Part shown: piece by piece, positions 35,057 through 45,293 of the stretch
How positions within the stretch are numbered: position 1 is the first letter of the stretch
Layout of the letters: each line of letters begins with the position of its first letter
Assembly: GCA_036405055.1 (NCBI GenBank)
Contig: DASWYI010000022.1
Span: 3,967 to 67,966 of the forward strand
Direction: 5' to 3'
DNA length: 64,000 nt
Origin: Brevundimonas sp.
GTDB taxonomy: Bacteria; Pseudomonadota; Alphaproteobacteria; Caulobacterales; Caulobacteraceae
Position numbers and translations under genes: made by a program
Notes under the pieces: model-generated
Seen by the model: the letters and a program-made list of their open reading frames with translations, nothing else
Databases searched by the model: none
What the model was told of the DNA's origin: nothing

Positions 35057-37771
35057 GTGATCGACAACGGCTACCTGCTAGGTCTGTACGGCGGCACCTC
35101 GACAAGCTTCGGCACGTCGAGCGCGCTGACGGCTGCGAGCAAGAAGAAACAGCCGACGCCGCCGTGGGACGCCAAGGCTGTCGTGCCCAAGGCCGACGCC
35201 ATGGTGCGCGCCGCCCTGGGCGGCCGACGCCTGATCGACGAGAGTGCGGCCAACGTCGATCTGAACACGGCCGGCGCCGACTATCGCAAGCTGTTCGCCC
35301 TGTATCAGGGGCTGGAGACCCTGAACGCCCTGACCAACCGGGCGGCGGTGAAGAACATCAGCGTCAGCGAACAGGCGCTGCTGGCCAAACGCTTCGCTTC
35401 GGGTCTGACCGAGATCGGCACTTATCTGACGACGGCGAAGCTCGAGGATGTTCGGCTGGTGCAGGGGGTCTCGACTTCGACCAGCAAGTCCAGCGCCGCC
35501 CTGACCCGTGACAGCGCCGTCTCCCTGACCGCGCCGGTACACGAAGGTTCGCCTGACGCCGAGGTCGCCGCCTTCCAGGGCGACGTCGTCTTCGACATCA
35601 AGATTTCGCGCGGCACGCTGGGGACCGCAACGGTCGGCGTCGACCTGTCCGAGATGGGCTCCACGCCGCGCACGCTGGGCAACGTCACCAGCTACATCAA
35701 CGGCAAGCTGCAGGCGGCTGGCCTCGAAACCCGCCTGGGCCGCGAGCAGATCAAGGCTGAGCCCCGCACCCTGACCGTCAACGGCAAGACCGTGACCCTG
35801 CCGGCCGGCGCGGACCGCTGGGCCTTGGCCATTCGCGGCGTCTCGACCGAGACGGTCAGCTTCGTCCCGACCGAGACCGCTGACGCCGTCTACGTCACCC
35901 AGTCGGTGGGTTCGGGCGAGCAGTTGCTGAAGTTCCAGACCGATACGGGCGGAACCGCCGATGCAGCCAGCGCCCGCGTGGGCGAGACCTTCTGGGTCGA
36001 CGGCCGGGCCGCTCAGACCTCGCTGCCCGAGGGCGTGAAGGCCATCCGCGCCAGCGCCACGGCGCCCGACGGTTCGGTCTGGATCTTGGCCGACATCGAC
36101 GCCGGTCCCGGCAATCAGCCGATCAAGGGCCAGCAGGACGTGGCTCTGATGAAATACGATCCGGCGGGCCGTCTGGTCTCGACCCGGGCCATCGGTGCCG
36201 CCTCGACCGCCAGCGGCTATGCCATCGCCGTGGACGCGGACGGCAAGGTCGCCGTGGCCGGCTCCGTCACCGGCGCGCTGGAGCCGGGCCAGAGCGGCGA
36301 TGTGGCCAACGAGGTCGACAGCTTCGTCACCGTCTTCGACGCCAAGGGTCAGGAACTGTGGACCCAGCGGCGCGGCGCCCGCGCGGCGGACGAGGCGACC
36401 TCGGTCTCCTTCGGCGCGGATGGCACTGTCTATGTCGGCGGCCGGGCCAAGTTGGCCATCCCCGGCGGCACATCGGTCGGCGGTTGGGACGGCTATGTCC
36501 AGGGCTTCAGCGCCAGCCAGCTCTATCCGGGCGCAGCCTACACCGTGAAAAGCGCGGGCGTCAGCCAGTTCGGCACCACGGGAGAGGACAGCGTCCAGTC
36601 CGTGACCGTGGACGGCTCCAACCTCTATTCCGCGGGCGTCGAGGACGGACGCCTGATCGTTCGCCGCTTCACGCTGGACGCCAACGGCGCCGCGACCCTC
36701 ACCTCCAGCCGCGACCTCGGTCTGGCGAGCGGGGAGGTGGCGGGCGTCTCCGTCTCCGGTGGCCGTGTGATCGTCAGCGGCACGACCCGCAACAACGCCC
36801 TGGACGTCGGCACCATCACCAACGCCCACGCGGGCGGCTCGGACGCCTTTGTGATCGCGCTGGAAGGCGATCTGACCGCCTCGGCCAATGACCGTCTGAC
36901 CTATGTCGGCGGTGCGGGCGACGACACGGCGGCGGATGTGAAGGTCCAGAACGGCAAGGTCTGGCTGACCGGCATTTCAAATCGCCCCGAGGACGCCGAG
37001 GACAAGGATCCGACCCAAGGCTATCTGTCGCGCATCGACCCGCTGACCGGCGCCGTGGAATGGACTCGAACCTGGTCCGGCGACGGCGACAAGGCCGCGC
37101 CCCTGACTCTCGCGGTCGCATCGGGCGGGGCCAGCGTGCTGGACCGGCTGGGCCTGCCGAAGGGCGAGATCATCCAGGTGGACAGCAAGAAGCTGGTGGA
37201 CGCCACTTCGCTGCGCGCCGGCGACCGGTTCTTCGTCTCCCCGGCGGGCGGCGGCCGTCAGATCGCGGTGACCATCGAGGCGCGCGACACGCTCCAGACC
37301 CTGGCCCGCAAGATCGAGCAGGCCTCGAACATGAAGCTGAAGGTCACGATCACGGCCGAGTCCGCCGCCCTCGCCGAGGGCACCCAGGGCCAGACCGCGC
37401 TTCAGGCCGGGTTGCAGCGCCTGTCGATCACCGCCCGAGACGGCAAGGTCGGTGCGGTCATCAGCGCGGGCGAGCCGGGCAAGGACGCTTTGGCGGGCCT
37501 CGGCCTTTCCGCCGGCTTCATCGGCGCGGCCGGAGCGACCGGTGAGAAGAAGACCTTCGGCCTTGACCTGCCCAAGACCCTGTCCCTGACCGACGCGGAC
37601 ACCATCAAGACGGCGGGCATCCGCCTTCAGGCGGCGATGAAGGCGGTGCGGGACGCCTATCGTTCGTTGGCCCCGGTGTCGGCGACGGCCTCGGCGAGCG
37701 GCACGGCGCCGGCCTATCTGACGGCCCAACTGGCCAACTATCAGGCGGCGCTGTCGCGGCTGGGCGGATAA
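35057..37771 (+). CDS. flaEY: FlaEY-like flagellar-locus protein with beta-propeller (SBBP-like) repeats
   Basis: 904 aa; repeated 'D.FV..FD..G..LWT' propeller motifs; adjacent to the flagellin cluster as in Caulobacter. Confidence 0.65.
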   Translation: MIDNGYLLGLYGGTSTSFGTSSALTAASKKKQPTPPWDAKAVVPKADAMVRAALGGRRLIDESAANVDLNTAGADYRKLFALYQGLETLNALTNRAAVKNISVSEQALLAKRFASGLTEIGTYLTTAKLEDVRLVQGVSTSTSKSSAALTRDSAVSLTAPVHEGSPDAEVAAFQGDVVFDIKISRGTLGTATVGVDLSEMGSTPRTLGNVTSYINGKLQAAGLETRLGREQIKAEPRTLTVNGKTVTLPAGADRWALAIRGVSTETVSFVPTETADAVYVTQSVGSGEQLLKFQTDTGGTADAASARVGETFWVDGRAAQTSLPEGVKAIRASATAPDGSVWILADIDAGPGNQPIKGQQDVALMKYDPAGRLVSTRAIGAASTASGYAIAVDADGKVAVAGSVTGALEPGQSGDVANEVDSFVTVFDAKGQELWTQRRGARAADEATSVSFGADGTVYVGGRAKLAIPGGTSVGGWDGYVQGFSASQLYPGAAYTVKSAGVSQFGTTGEDSVQSVTVDGSNLYSAGVEDGRLIVRRFTLDANGAATLTSSRDLGLASGEVAGVSVSGGRVIVSGTTRNNALDVGTITNAHAGGSDAFVIALEGDLTASANDRLTYVGGAGDDTAADVKVQNGKVWLTGISNRPEDAEDKDPTQGYLSRIDPLTGAVEWTRTWSGDGDKAAPLTLAVASGGASVLDRLGLPKGEIIQVDSKKLVDATSLRAGDRFFVSPAGGGRQIAVTIEARDTLQTLARKIEQASNMKLKVTITAESAALAEGTQGQTALQAGLQRLSITARDGKVGAVISAGEPGKDALAGLGLSAGFIGAAGATGEKKTFGLDLPKTLSLTDADTIKTAGIRLQAAMKAVRDAYRSLAPVSATASASGTAPAYLTAQLANYQAALSRLGG

Positions 37772-37849
37772 CTCTGATCCCCAGCCTTCGCGGTTGACGC
37801 ACCGGGGCGCAACGGGGTTATTGGGGCCGACAGCCTCACAGAGCGCCCC

Positions 37850-38524
37850 ATGAACGACAAACGCATCATCATCGCCGTCGGCGCCGCTCTGGCGGTCCTC
37901 GTCGCGGTGATCCTGGCCCTGGTGTTCAGCGGCGGCAACAAGGCGGCGCCGTCGGCGCCCGAGCCTGAAGCCGGCGACCTGACCGTGGACCTGACCGACG
38001 TCGCCCCGATGGAGCCGACGCGCGAGCTGCGCTGCTATGTGAACGGCCAGTTCGTGGGCATGGCGACGCTTCAGGTCTGCGCCGAGCGCAACGGCCTGGC
38101 CACCGACGCGCTGGATGTGGGCCTGGACGAAACCGGCGCCCTGATCGCCGCGCCCACGGCCTCGCTGGCGCCGCCGCCGGCCCTGCCGTCGGTGGATCTC
38201 ACCGCGGTCGATCCGACGCCGATGCCGGTCGAGCCCAGCCAGCCCACGGCCAGCCCCGCGCCCCAGCCCGTCTCGGCCGGCAGCCCCTGCCTGCGCCACA
38301 GCGGTGGCGAATGGCGCTCGGTTTCCGCTGGAACCACTCTGAACGCCTGCGTCCAGCAGCTCTATGCCGGCACCTGTGTGCGCCCGGGCGAAGCGCTCTA
38401 TGGCCGCTGGGGCGACGTGACCCTGCGTCTGGTGCCGCGCCGGGTCGAGCAATCGAACGACAACAACCGCTTCCGCGCCCTGTACGACCAGGACCGCCAG
38501 TGCCAGTTCCCCGGACTCAACTGA
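37850..38524 (+). CDS. membrane-anchored Cys-containing hypothetical protein
   Basis: N-terminal TM, Pro-rich linker, paired Cys residues. Confidence 0.7.
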   Translation: MNDKRIIIAVGAALAVLVAVILALVFSGGNKAAPSAPEPEAGDLTVDLTDVAPMEPTRELRCYVNGQFVGMATLQVCAERNGLATDALDVGLDETGALIAAPTASLAPPPALPSVDLTAVDPTPMPVEPSQPTASPAPQPVSAGSPCLRHSGGEWRSVSAGTTLNACVQQLYAGTCVRPGEALYGRWGDVTLRLVPRRVEQSNDNNRFRALYDQDRQCQFPGLN

Positions 38525-38982
38525 TGAGCGTTCAACTGATGAAGGCCGCCGCCGTTCTCGCCCTTGGGGCCGCTGTCATCACGCTCGGCGCCTGCGACAC
38601 GGCTGTGAAGGCCCCGATGGACCCGGGCGTCTGCTACTCCGTGACGCCGGCCAAGGACGGCAAGAGCGCGCCCGCGTTCAACGTCGTGGCCCGCGACCAG
38701 CCGCAGCTGGAATACTGCGCAGCCCGGCTGGAGGAGATGCGCGCACGCTTCCTTCGCATGGGCGGCACCAACCGCGACATCATCGGGGCCTATCAGGGCC
38801 AGTTCCTGTTCCTGGACCCTGCGGGCGTGAAGGTGGGCAAGACCCTGACGGGCAGCCGCTTCTTCTTCCTGGCCCGCACCGGCGACGGCCGCCTGGCGGT
38901 GCCCGGCGTGATCCAGCGCGACGTCGACGGACGGCCGGTGGGGGTTATCGAGCCCGATCCGTCCAAGACCGGATCGAACTAG
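38524..38982 (+). CDS. hypothetical lipoprotein
   Basis: MSVQLMKAAAVLALGAAVITLGA-C lipobox; TGATG coupling to the previous gene. Confidence 0.72.
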   Translation: MSVQLMKAAAVLALGAAVITLGACDTAVKAPMDPGVCYSVTPAKDGKSAPAFNVVARDQPQLEYCAARLEEMRARFLRMGGTNRDIIGAYQGQFLFLDPAGVKVGKTLTGSRFFFLARTGDGRLAVPGVIQRDVDGRPVGVIEPDPSKTGSN

Positions 38983-39052
38983 AACAAAGCTGGAACATTT
39001 GGCCGCGACCTGCTAGGTCACGACCGCAACAATAAGAACAAGGAGCTCGGCG

Positions 39053-39529
39053 ATGGCGGGCAGCGTCAACAAGGTCATTCTGGTCGGCAACCTGGGCAAG
39101 GACCCGGAGATCCGCACGCTCAACAACGGCGAGCGGGTGGCGAACCTGTCGCTGGCGACGTCGGAGCAGTGGCGAGACAAGAACACCGGTGAGCGCAAGG
39201 AAAAGACCGAGTGGCACCGGGTGGTCATCTTCAACGAGAACATCGTCAAGGTGGCCGAGAACTATCTGAAAAAGGGCTCGACCGTTTACATCGAGGGCTC
39301 GCTGACCACCCGCAAATACGAGCAGGGCGGGGTCGAGAAATACACCACCGAGGTCGTGATCCAGCGCTTCAACGGCCAACTGACCATGCTGGGCGGCCGT
39401 GACGGCGGCGGTGGCGGCGCGAGCCGTGGCGGCGACGACGACTATTCCTCGGGCTTCTCCACCGGCGGCGCCAACAAGCCGAGCGGCCCGAAGGAAAGCT
39501 ACGACCTGAACGACGACATCCCGTTCTGA
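39053..39529 (+). CDS. ssb: single-stranded DNA-binding protein
   Basis: [23 protein letters not shown] and terminal DDIPF motifs. Confidence 0.98.
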   Translation: MAGSVNKVILVGNLGKDPEIRTLNNGERVANLSLATSEQWRDKNTGERKEKTEWHRVVIFNENIVKVAENYLKKGSTVYIEGSLTTRKYEQGGVEKYTTEVVIQRFNGQLTMLGGRDGGGGGASRGGDDDYSSGFSTGGANKPSGPKESYDLNDDIPF

Positions 39530-39536
39530 TCACGGC

Positions 39537-39986
39537 GTGACGCGGGAGGCTTACAGCTACCGCGACGATCCGGCCGTGCCGTCTTTCCCGGACGACCGGC
39601 CGCTGATCCTTTTCGACGGCGATTGCGTGCTGTGCTCCGGTTCGGCGCGCTTCATCCTGCGGCATGACCGTGCGGGGCGGTTCCGGCTGGCCCCAGTCCA
39701 GTCGCCGCTCGGGCAAGCGTTGCTGGCCCATTACGGCGTCGATCCGGCCGATCCCTCGACCATGCTGCTGATCGCAGCGGGCCGGGCGCATGAGCGCTCG
39801 GATGCGGTGTTGCGCATCGCAGCGGGTTTGCCCCCTCCGATTTCGTTCGCGGCGGCTTTGCAGATGATTCCGGTCAGTTGGCGTGACGCGGTCTATCTAT
39901 GGGTGGCGCGGCGTCGCAGGCGGCTGGCGGGTCCAACCTGGTGCGCGATGCCGACCCAAGCCACGGCGGACAGGATTCTCGCATGA
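39537..39986 (+). CDS. DCC family thiol-disulfide oxidoreductase (DUF393)
   Basis: ILFDGDCVLC motif and RDAVY.WVA. Confidence 0.9.
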   Translation: MTREAYSYRDDPAVPSFPDDRPLILFDGDCVLCSGSARFILRHDRAGRFRLAPVQSPLGQALLAHYGVDPADPSTMLLIAAGRAHERSDAVLRIAAGLPPPISFAAALQMIPVSWRDAVYLWVARRRRRLAGPTWCAMPTQATADRILA

Positions 39987-41284
39987 CCCGCAGGGTTCTG
40001 GTTCTCGGCGCCAACGGCTTTATCGGGTCGCATGTGGCGGCGGCGCTGTCGGCGGCGGGCTGGAGCGTGCGCGCGGGGGCGCGGCGGCCGGACGAGGCTT
40101 CGCGGCGGGCGCCGGGGCATGAGTGGGTTCAGGCGGACTTTCGTCGCCTGACCGATGCGGCGGCCTGGGAGCCGTTGTTGGCGGGCGTGGATGCGGTGGT
40201 GAACTGCGTCGGCGTGCTTCAGGATGGGGGCGGGGACGACACCCGCGCGGCGCATGTCGAGGGACCGCGCGCCCTGATCGCGGCCTGCGAAGCGGCGGGG
40301 GTGAAGCGCCTGATCCATCTGTCGGCTGTGGGCGCGGATGCGGAAGCGGGCACGGCCTATGCGCGGACCAAGGCCGAGACCGAGGCGATGCTGGCGGCCA
40401 GCACGCTCGACTGGCTGATCCTGAGGCCGTCGCTGGTGATCGGGCGGGGCGCGTTCGGCGGCACGGGCATGGTGCGGGCCCTGGCGGCGATGCCGCTGGC
40501 GATCCCGGTGGTCGGCGGCGATCAGGCGGTCAGGCCGATTGCCATGGAAGACCTGTGCGGTGCGGTCGTCGCAGCGCTGGACCGGCCGGAGGTCAGCCGG
40601 ACGACGTTGGACATCACGGGGCAGCAAGCGGTGACGCTGGTCGCGCTGCTGCGGCTCTATCGCGGCTGGCTGGGCTTCGCGCCCGCGCCGGTCATCCGGA
40701 CCCCGCGCTGGGTGGCGGCGCCGGTGCTGATGATCGGCGACCTGCTGGCCAGACTGGGCTGGTTCTCGCCCCTGACCACCACCTCGATGCGGCAGCTGGA
40801 TCACGACGTGGCCGGGCGAGAGGGCGACTGGGCGGAGCAACTGGGGGTGAAGCCGCGTGGGATCACCACGTATCTAAGCCAGACCCCGGCGTCGGTGCAG
40901 GATGTGTGGCACGCGCGGCTGTGGTTCGTGCGGCCGCTCTCCATCCTGACGCTGGGCCTGTTCTGGCTGCTGACGGGCCTTATCACCTTCGGCGCCGGCT
41001 GGGACCGGGCGGTGGCGATCCTGCATGAGGGCGGATACGGCCAACACGCTGAGGCGGTGGCCGGCTGGGGCGCGGTGCTGGACATCGTCCTTGGTCTGGC
41101 CCTGTTCGTGCGGGCGTGGACCGCACGGGTGGCGATCGTGATGTGCCTGGCGACCTTTGGATACCTGCTGGCCGGGACGATCAGCCTGCCGCACTACTGG
41201 CTCGATCCCATCGGGCCGTGGCTGAAGGTGTTGCCGATGATGGTGCTGTGCCTGTTCGTGGCCGGGACGGAGGCGCGGCGATGA
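39983..41284 (+). CDS. NAD(P)-dependent SDR/epimerase fused to a DoxX-like membrane domain
   Basis: VLGANGFIG, VVNCVG and YARTK motifs; C-terminal P.YWLDP.GP..K; start ATG 39983. Confidence 0.88.
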   Translation: MTRRVLVLGANGFIGSHVAAALSAAGWSVRAGARRPDEASRRAPGHEWVQADFRRLTDAAAWEPLLAGVDAVVNCVGVLQDGGGDDTRAAHVEGPRALIAACEAAGVKRLIHLSAVGADAEAGTAYARTKAETEAMLAASTLDWLILRPSLVIGRGAFGGTGMVRALAAMPLAIPVVGGDQAVRPIAMEDLCGAVVAALDRPEVSRTTLDITGQQAVTLVALLRLYRGWLGFAPAPVIRTPRWVAAPVLMIGDLLARLGWFSPLTTTSMRQLDHDVAGREGDWAEQLGVKPRGITTYLSQTPASVQDVWHARLWFVRPLSILTLGLFWLLTGLITFGAGWDRAVAILHEGGYGQHAEAVAGWGAVLDIVLGLALFVRAWTARVAIVMCLATFGYLLAGTISLPHYWLDPIGPWLKVLPMMVLCLFVAGTEARR

Positions 41285-41748
41285 GCTTCTTCCTGCTGAA
41301 GATGATCCACATCCTGTCGGGGGCGGTGCTGTTCGGCACGGGGGCGGGCATCGCCTTCTTCATGCTGAGGGCGCATCGGACGAACGACCCGGCGACGGTG
41401 GCGGCTGTGGGCCGGATCGTGGTTCTGGCCGACTTTGTGTTCACGGCGACGGCGGTGGTGGTGCAGCCCGTGACCGGCGTGGCGATGATCCTGATGCAGG
41501 GCTGGCCGCCGTTCGCGCCCTGGCTGATGCTGGCCTATGCGCTCTATCTGCTGATCGGGGCCTGCTGGCTGCCTGTGGTGTGGATGCAGTTGAAGATGAC
41601 CCGGCTGGCGGAGGCGGCGACGGCGGCGGGCGAGCCTTTGCCCGAGGCCTATCACCGGCTGTTTCGCTGGTGGTTCGCTCTGGGCTGGCCGGCTTTCGCC
41701 GGTGTGTTGGGCGTCTACTGGCTGATGATCGCCAAGCCGGGCCTTTGA
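41281..41748 (+). CDS. DUF2269 family membrane protein
   Basis: K.IHILS..VLFGTG.G, QPVTG, CWLPVVW.Q and W..LGWPAF…LM.AKP motifs. Confidence 0.9.
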   Translation: MSFFLLKMIHILSGAVLFGTGAGIAFFMLRAHRTNDPATVAAVGRIVVLADFVFTATAVVVQPVTGVAMILMQGWPPFAPWLMLAYALYLLIGACWLPVVWMQLKMTRLAEAATAAGEPLPEAYHRLFRWWFALGWPAFAGVLGVYWLMIAKPGL

Positions 41749-41874
41749 GTGGAGCGCGATCTTTCCGAAAAACGCTGACACTTTTCGGGATCGCGCTCTG
41801 AAACGTAACCCTGGGTCACCCGATGTGACCGGCCGCGCCCTCGCTTCATGCGCGGGCGGGCATTAGGCAGGGGC

Positions 41875-42765
41875 ATGACCCACACACGCCTGACCGTGCT
41901 CGAGATCGTCTCCATCATCGCCATTGTTGTGATCTGGGGCGTGAACAACGCGGCGGCCAAGGTGGCGACCGAAGTTCTGCCGCCGCTGTTGATGGCGGCG
42001 TTGCGGTTCGCGGTGGCGGCGGTCTGCCTGGTCTGGTTCGTTCGGCCGCCGTTCCCGAACTGGAAGAGCCTGCTGATTATCGCCGGCGTCGGCGGGCCAT
42101 TACATTACGGCCTGATCTATCTCGCCTTCTTCCTCGCCAACGATGTCAGCGCCGTGTCGGTGGCGGCGCAGCTGTGGGTGCCGTTCACGGCCCTGTTCGC
42201 CTTTTTGCTGCTGGGCGAGAAGCTGGGGCGGGCGGCGCTGTTCGGGCTGACCATGGCCTTCGGCGGCGTGGTCTGGATGACGCTGGACCCCCATGCATTG
42301 CAGGAGTGGAAGGCCATCGTGGTCGGCATTATCGCCAGTGCGTGCTGGGCTTTGACCACTGTGATCGCGCGGCGGACGACCTCTATCCCGCCGCTGAAGA
42401 TGCAGGGTCTGCTGGCCCTGTTCGCGCTTCCGACCCTGGCCTTGGGTTCGGCGATGTTCGAGCGGGGGCAATGGGCGGCGATCCAGAACGCGACACCCCT
42501 GATCTGGGCCTGCGTCTTCTGGGCCGGAGTGGTGTCGTCGGTGGCGGCGACCAGCATGGTGTTCTGGCTGGTGCAGCGGCGCGAGGCCGGGCGGGTGACG
42601 CCCTATCTGCTGGCGACCCCGGTGGTGTCGATCGCGATCGGCTGGCTGTGGCTCGGCGACGTCCTGACGGTTCAGATCCTGACGGGCGCGGCCCTGACCA
42701 TGGGCGGCGTGGCGGTGGTGGCCCTGGCCGAGCGAGGCCTGAGGGCCGGAGCGGCGAAAGCTTAA
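41875..42765 (+). CDS. DMT/EamA family transporter
   Basis: About ten TMs; IWGVN, LRF and LLGEKL motifs. Confidence 0.9.
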   Translation: MTHTRLTVLEIVSIIAIVVIWGVNNAAAKVATEVLPPLLMAALRFAVAAVCLVWFVRPPFPNWKSLLIIAGVGGPLHYGLIYLAFFLANDVSAVSVAAQLWVPFTALFAFLLLGEKLGRAALFGLTMAFGGVVWMTLDPHALQEWKAIVVGIIASACWALTTVIARRTTSIPPLKMQGLLALFALPTLALGSAMFERGQWAAIQNATPLIWACVFWAGVVSSVAATSMVFWLVQRREAGRVTPYLLATPVVSIAIGWLWLGDVLTVQILTGAALTMGGVAVVALAERGLRAGAAKA

Positions 42766-43835
42766 GCCCAGGCGGCCTTGGCCTGGTCCAGAGACATCGG
42801 CTCCGGCTGCGGCATTGGCGCCGGCGCCTGACCGTCAAAGCGCGGGGCAGGGGCGGGCGCGCCGTAGACAAGGGTTCCGCGCGCGACATTGTGCGGATGG
42901 GCCGCCGCCTCGCCGAAGGTCAGCACCGGGGTGACGCAGGCCTCGGTCCCGGCGAAATGCGCGGTCCAGTCGTCACGGGGGCGGGCTGCGAAGGCGGCCT
43001 CGAACCGGGCGTGCAGGGCGGGCCAGCCGCGCATGTCGTACTGCGGGGCCTCGTCCGACGCGACCTCCAGACCGGCCAGCAGGGCGGCGTAGAAGCGCGG
43101 CTCCAGCGCGCCCACGGCGACGAAACGGCCGTCCGCGCAGGCGTAGCAGCGATAGAAGGGTGCGCCGCCGTCCAACAGGTTCGACGCCCGCTGGTCGGTC
43201 CACAGGCCGCGCGCGCGCAGGGCGTGGAACAGGGCCGACAGCATCGCCGAGCCGTCGGTCATGGCGGCGTCCACAACCCGGCCGCGTCCGGTGGATTTCG
43301 CTTCCAGCAGCGCGGCGAGCAGTCCCACCAGCCCCAGCATGGCCCCGCCGCCATAGTCGCCGATCAGGTTCAGGGGCGGGGGCGGCGGACGGTCCGCCGG
43401 GCCGATGGCGTTCAGGGCGCCGGTCAGGCCGATGTAGTTGATGTCGTGCCCCACCTGATCCGCCAGCGGCCCCGTCTGGCCCCAGCCGGTGATGCGGGCG
43501 AAGACCAGCGCCGGATTGACGGCGTGGCAAGCGTCCGGGCCGAGACCCAGCCGCTCCATGACGCCGGGACGGAAGCCCTCGATGACCCCGTGGGCGTTCG
43601 TGACCAGATCCAGCACCGCCGCGCGGTCGGCCTCGGTCTTGAGATCAACCGCCACCGCCGGTCGGCCCCGGTGCAGCACCTCGCCGCCGACCTCGTCGAA
43701 CACGGCCGCGCCCGCCGTGGCGCTGCGGGTCAGGCGCAGGACGTCGGCCCCGAGATCGGCCAGCACCATGCCCGCGAAGGTCACAGGCCCGAGGCCGTCA
43801 AACTCGATGATGCGGATGCCGGCGAGGGGTTTCAT
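42762..43835 (-). CDS. CaiB/BaiF CoA-transferase (alpha-methylacyl-CoA racemase-like)
   Basis: EGFRPGVMERLGLGP, GHDINY, GDYGGG and NLLDGGAPFY motifs. Confidence 0.93.
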   Translation of the reverse strand: MKPLAGIRIIEFDGLGPVTFAGMVLADLGADVLRLTRSATAGAAVFDEVGGEVLHRGRPAVAVDLKTEADRAAVLDLVTNAHGVIEGFRPGVMERLGLGPDACHAVNPALVFARITGWGQTGPLADQVGHDINYIGLTGALNAIGPADRPPPPPLNLIGDYGGGAMLGLVGLLAALLEAKSTGRGRVVDAAMTDGSAMLSALFHALRARGLWTDQRASNLLDGGAPFYRCYACADGRFVAVGALEPRFYAALLAGLEVASDEAPQYDMRGWPALHARFEAAFAARPRDDWTAHFAGTEACVTPVLTFGEAAAHPHNVARGTLVYGAPAPAPRFDGQAPAPMPQPEPMSLDQAKAAWA

Positions 43836-43906
43836 GGGATGAGGCTTAGCGCGGCATGGGGGCGGCGTGATAGCCTGCGTGGCCGATATCCGGCGCCGAG
43901 GGTTTC

Positions 43907-44296
43907 ATGATCGTGACCGTGTCCCAGTGGCTCGCCGTGCTGGTGGGCGTGTGGCTGATGGGCTTGAGCTTGTTCATGCTGCTGGCGCCGCAAAGGGCGC
44001 TCGGCGTGCTGGCGGCGATGGGCAGCACGCCGCTGATCCATTTCGGCGAGATGGGCGGACGCGTCACGGCGGGCCTTGTGCTGATGCTGGCGTCGGTCGT
44101 GTCGCGAAGCCCGCAGGTCATCAATCTGATCGGGACGTTTCTGATCGTTTCGGCGGTGGTGTTGATGGTCCTGCCGCGGCGATGGCACGCGGCCTATTCG
44201 TCATGGTGGGCGAGGCGCATTCCGGTCTGGGTGGTGCGGTTGAGCGCGGTGTTCTCGACTGTGGCGGGTGGGGTCCTGATCTGGACGGTCGCCTAA
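43907..44296 (+). CDS. hypothetical membrane protein
   Basis: 129 aa, four hydrophobic segments. Confidence 0.65.
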   Translation: MIVTVSQWLAVLVGVWLMGLSLFMLLAPQRALGVLAAMGSTPLIHFGEMGGRVTAGLVLMLASVVSRSPQVINLIGTFLIVSAVVLMVLPRRWHAAYSSWWARRIPVWVVRLSAVFSTVAGGVLIWTVA

Positions 44297-44658
44297 AGCC
44301 TCAGTTCACACCGCTCGTTGATCGTCGGCCGCGCCACGGTGATGCGGCACAGGCCCGGCCATTCGGGCTGGAGGCGTTTGACGAACCACAGGCACAGGTT
44401 CTCGAGGCTGGGCAGTTCCAGCCCCGGCTTCTCGTTCAGCAGGCCGTGGTCCAGCTCCTCGGCGGCGGCTTTCAGGGCGCGATCCAGCGCGCCGAGGTCG
44501 GCGACCCAGCCGTGGTCGGCGTCCAGCGTGTCGCCGCGCACCGTCGCCTCGACCATGAACGAATGGCCGTGCAGGCGGCGATAGATGCTGCCCTCGGGTT
44601 CGTTGGGGAAGTGGTGGGCGGCGTCAAACGTGGCCGCCTTGGTGATCTCGAACTGCAT
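44293..44658 (-). CDS. queD: 6-carboxytetrahydropterin synthase
   Basis: FDAAH, RLHGHSF, LDH..LN and PSLENL motifs; in queCE operon. Confidence 0.9.
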   Translation of the reverse strand: MQFEITKAATFDAAHHFPNEPEGSIYRRLHGHSFMVEATVRGDTLDADHGWVADLGALDRALKAAAEELDHGLLNEKPGLELPSLENLCLWFVKRLQPEWPGLCRITVARPTINERCELRL

Positions 44659-45293
44659 TATCGGACGCCGATGTACTTGTGGGTCTGGACGCTGAGGCGC
44701 CACTTCGGATGGGTGAGGCAGTAATCCATGGCCGCCGCCGTGTTGGCCGCCTGATCGGGGCCGTCCATGGGCTGGAGCCAGAACCGCTCGAAGGCCAGGT
44801 CCTCGAACCGGTCGGGCATGGCGAGGGTCTGGGGGAAGACCAGCTTCAGCTCCTGCCCGGTGGTCTGGACCACGGGGGCGTCGGCCTTGGGGCTGATGCA
44901 GATCCAGTCGATGCCGGCGGGGGCGGGCAGGGTGCCGTTGCTTTCGATGGCGATCTCGAAGCCGCGCGCGTGCAGGGCCTCGATCAGGGGCGCATCGAGC
45001 TGAAGCAGCGGCTCTCCGCCGGTGCAGACGACCAGTTTCGGATCACCTTCGCGGCCCCGCCACATCGCCGCGACATGGTCGGCCAGCAGGGCGGCGGTCG
45101 TGAACTTGCCGCCGCCGTCGCCGTCCACGCCGACGAAATCGGTGTCGCAGAAGGTGCAGACGGCGCTCGCCCGATCCCGCTCCAGCCCGTTCCAAAGGTT
45201 GCAGCCGGCGAAGCGCAGGAAGACCGCGGGCCGCCCCGCCTGTCCGCCCTCGCCCTGCACCGTCAGGAAGACTTCCTTGGCCGAATAGGTCAT
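44658..45293 (-). CDS. queE: 7-carboxy-7-deazaguanine synthase (Cx14CxxC radical SAM)
   Basis: QGEG…[12 protein letters not shown]…[13 protein letters not shown] and LSVQTHK motifs. Confidence 0.96.
   Translation of the reverse strand: MTYSAKEVFLTVQGEGGQAGRPAVFLRFAGCNLWNGLERDRASAVCTFCDTDFVGVDGDGGGKFTTAALLADHVAAMWRGREGDPKLVVCTGGEPLLQLDAPLIEALHARGFEIAIESNGTLPAPAGIDWICISPKADAPVVQTTGQELKLVFPQTLAMPDRFEDLAFERFWLQPMDGPDQAANTAAAMDYCLTHPKWRLSVQTHKYIGVR

Noticed and set aside
35078-38452. Long antisense ORFs (also 4320-5966, 16096-17718, 52689-54395, 62277-63596)
   Set aside because: Expected stop-poor shadow frames of high-GC genes; no motifs or RBS.
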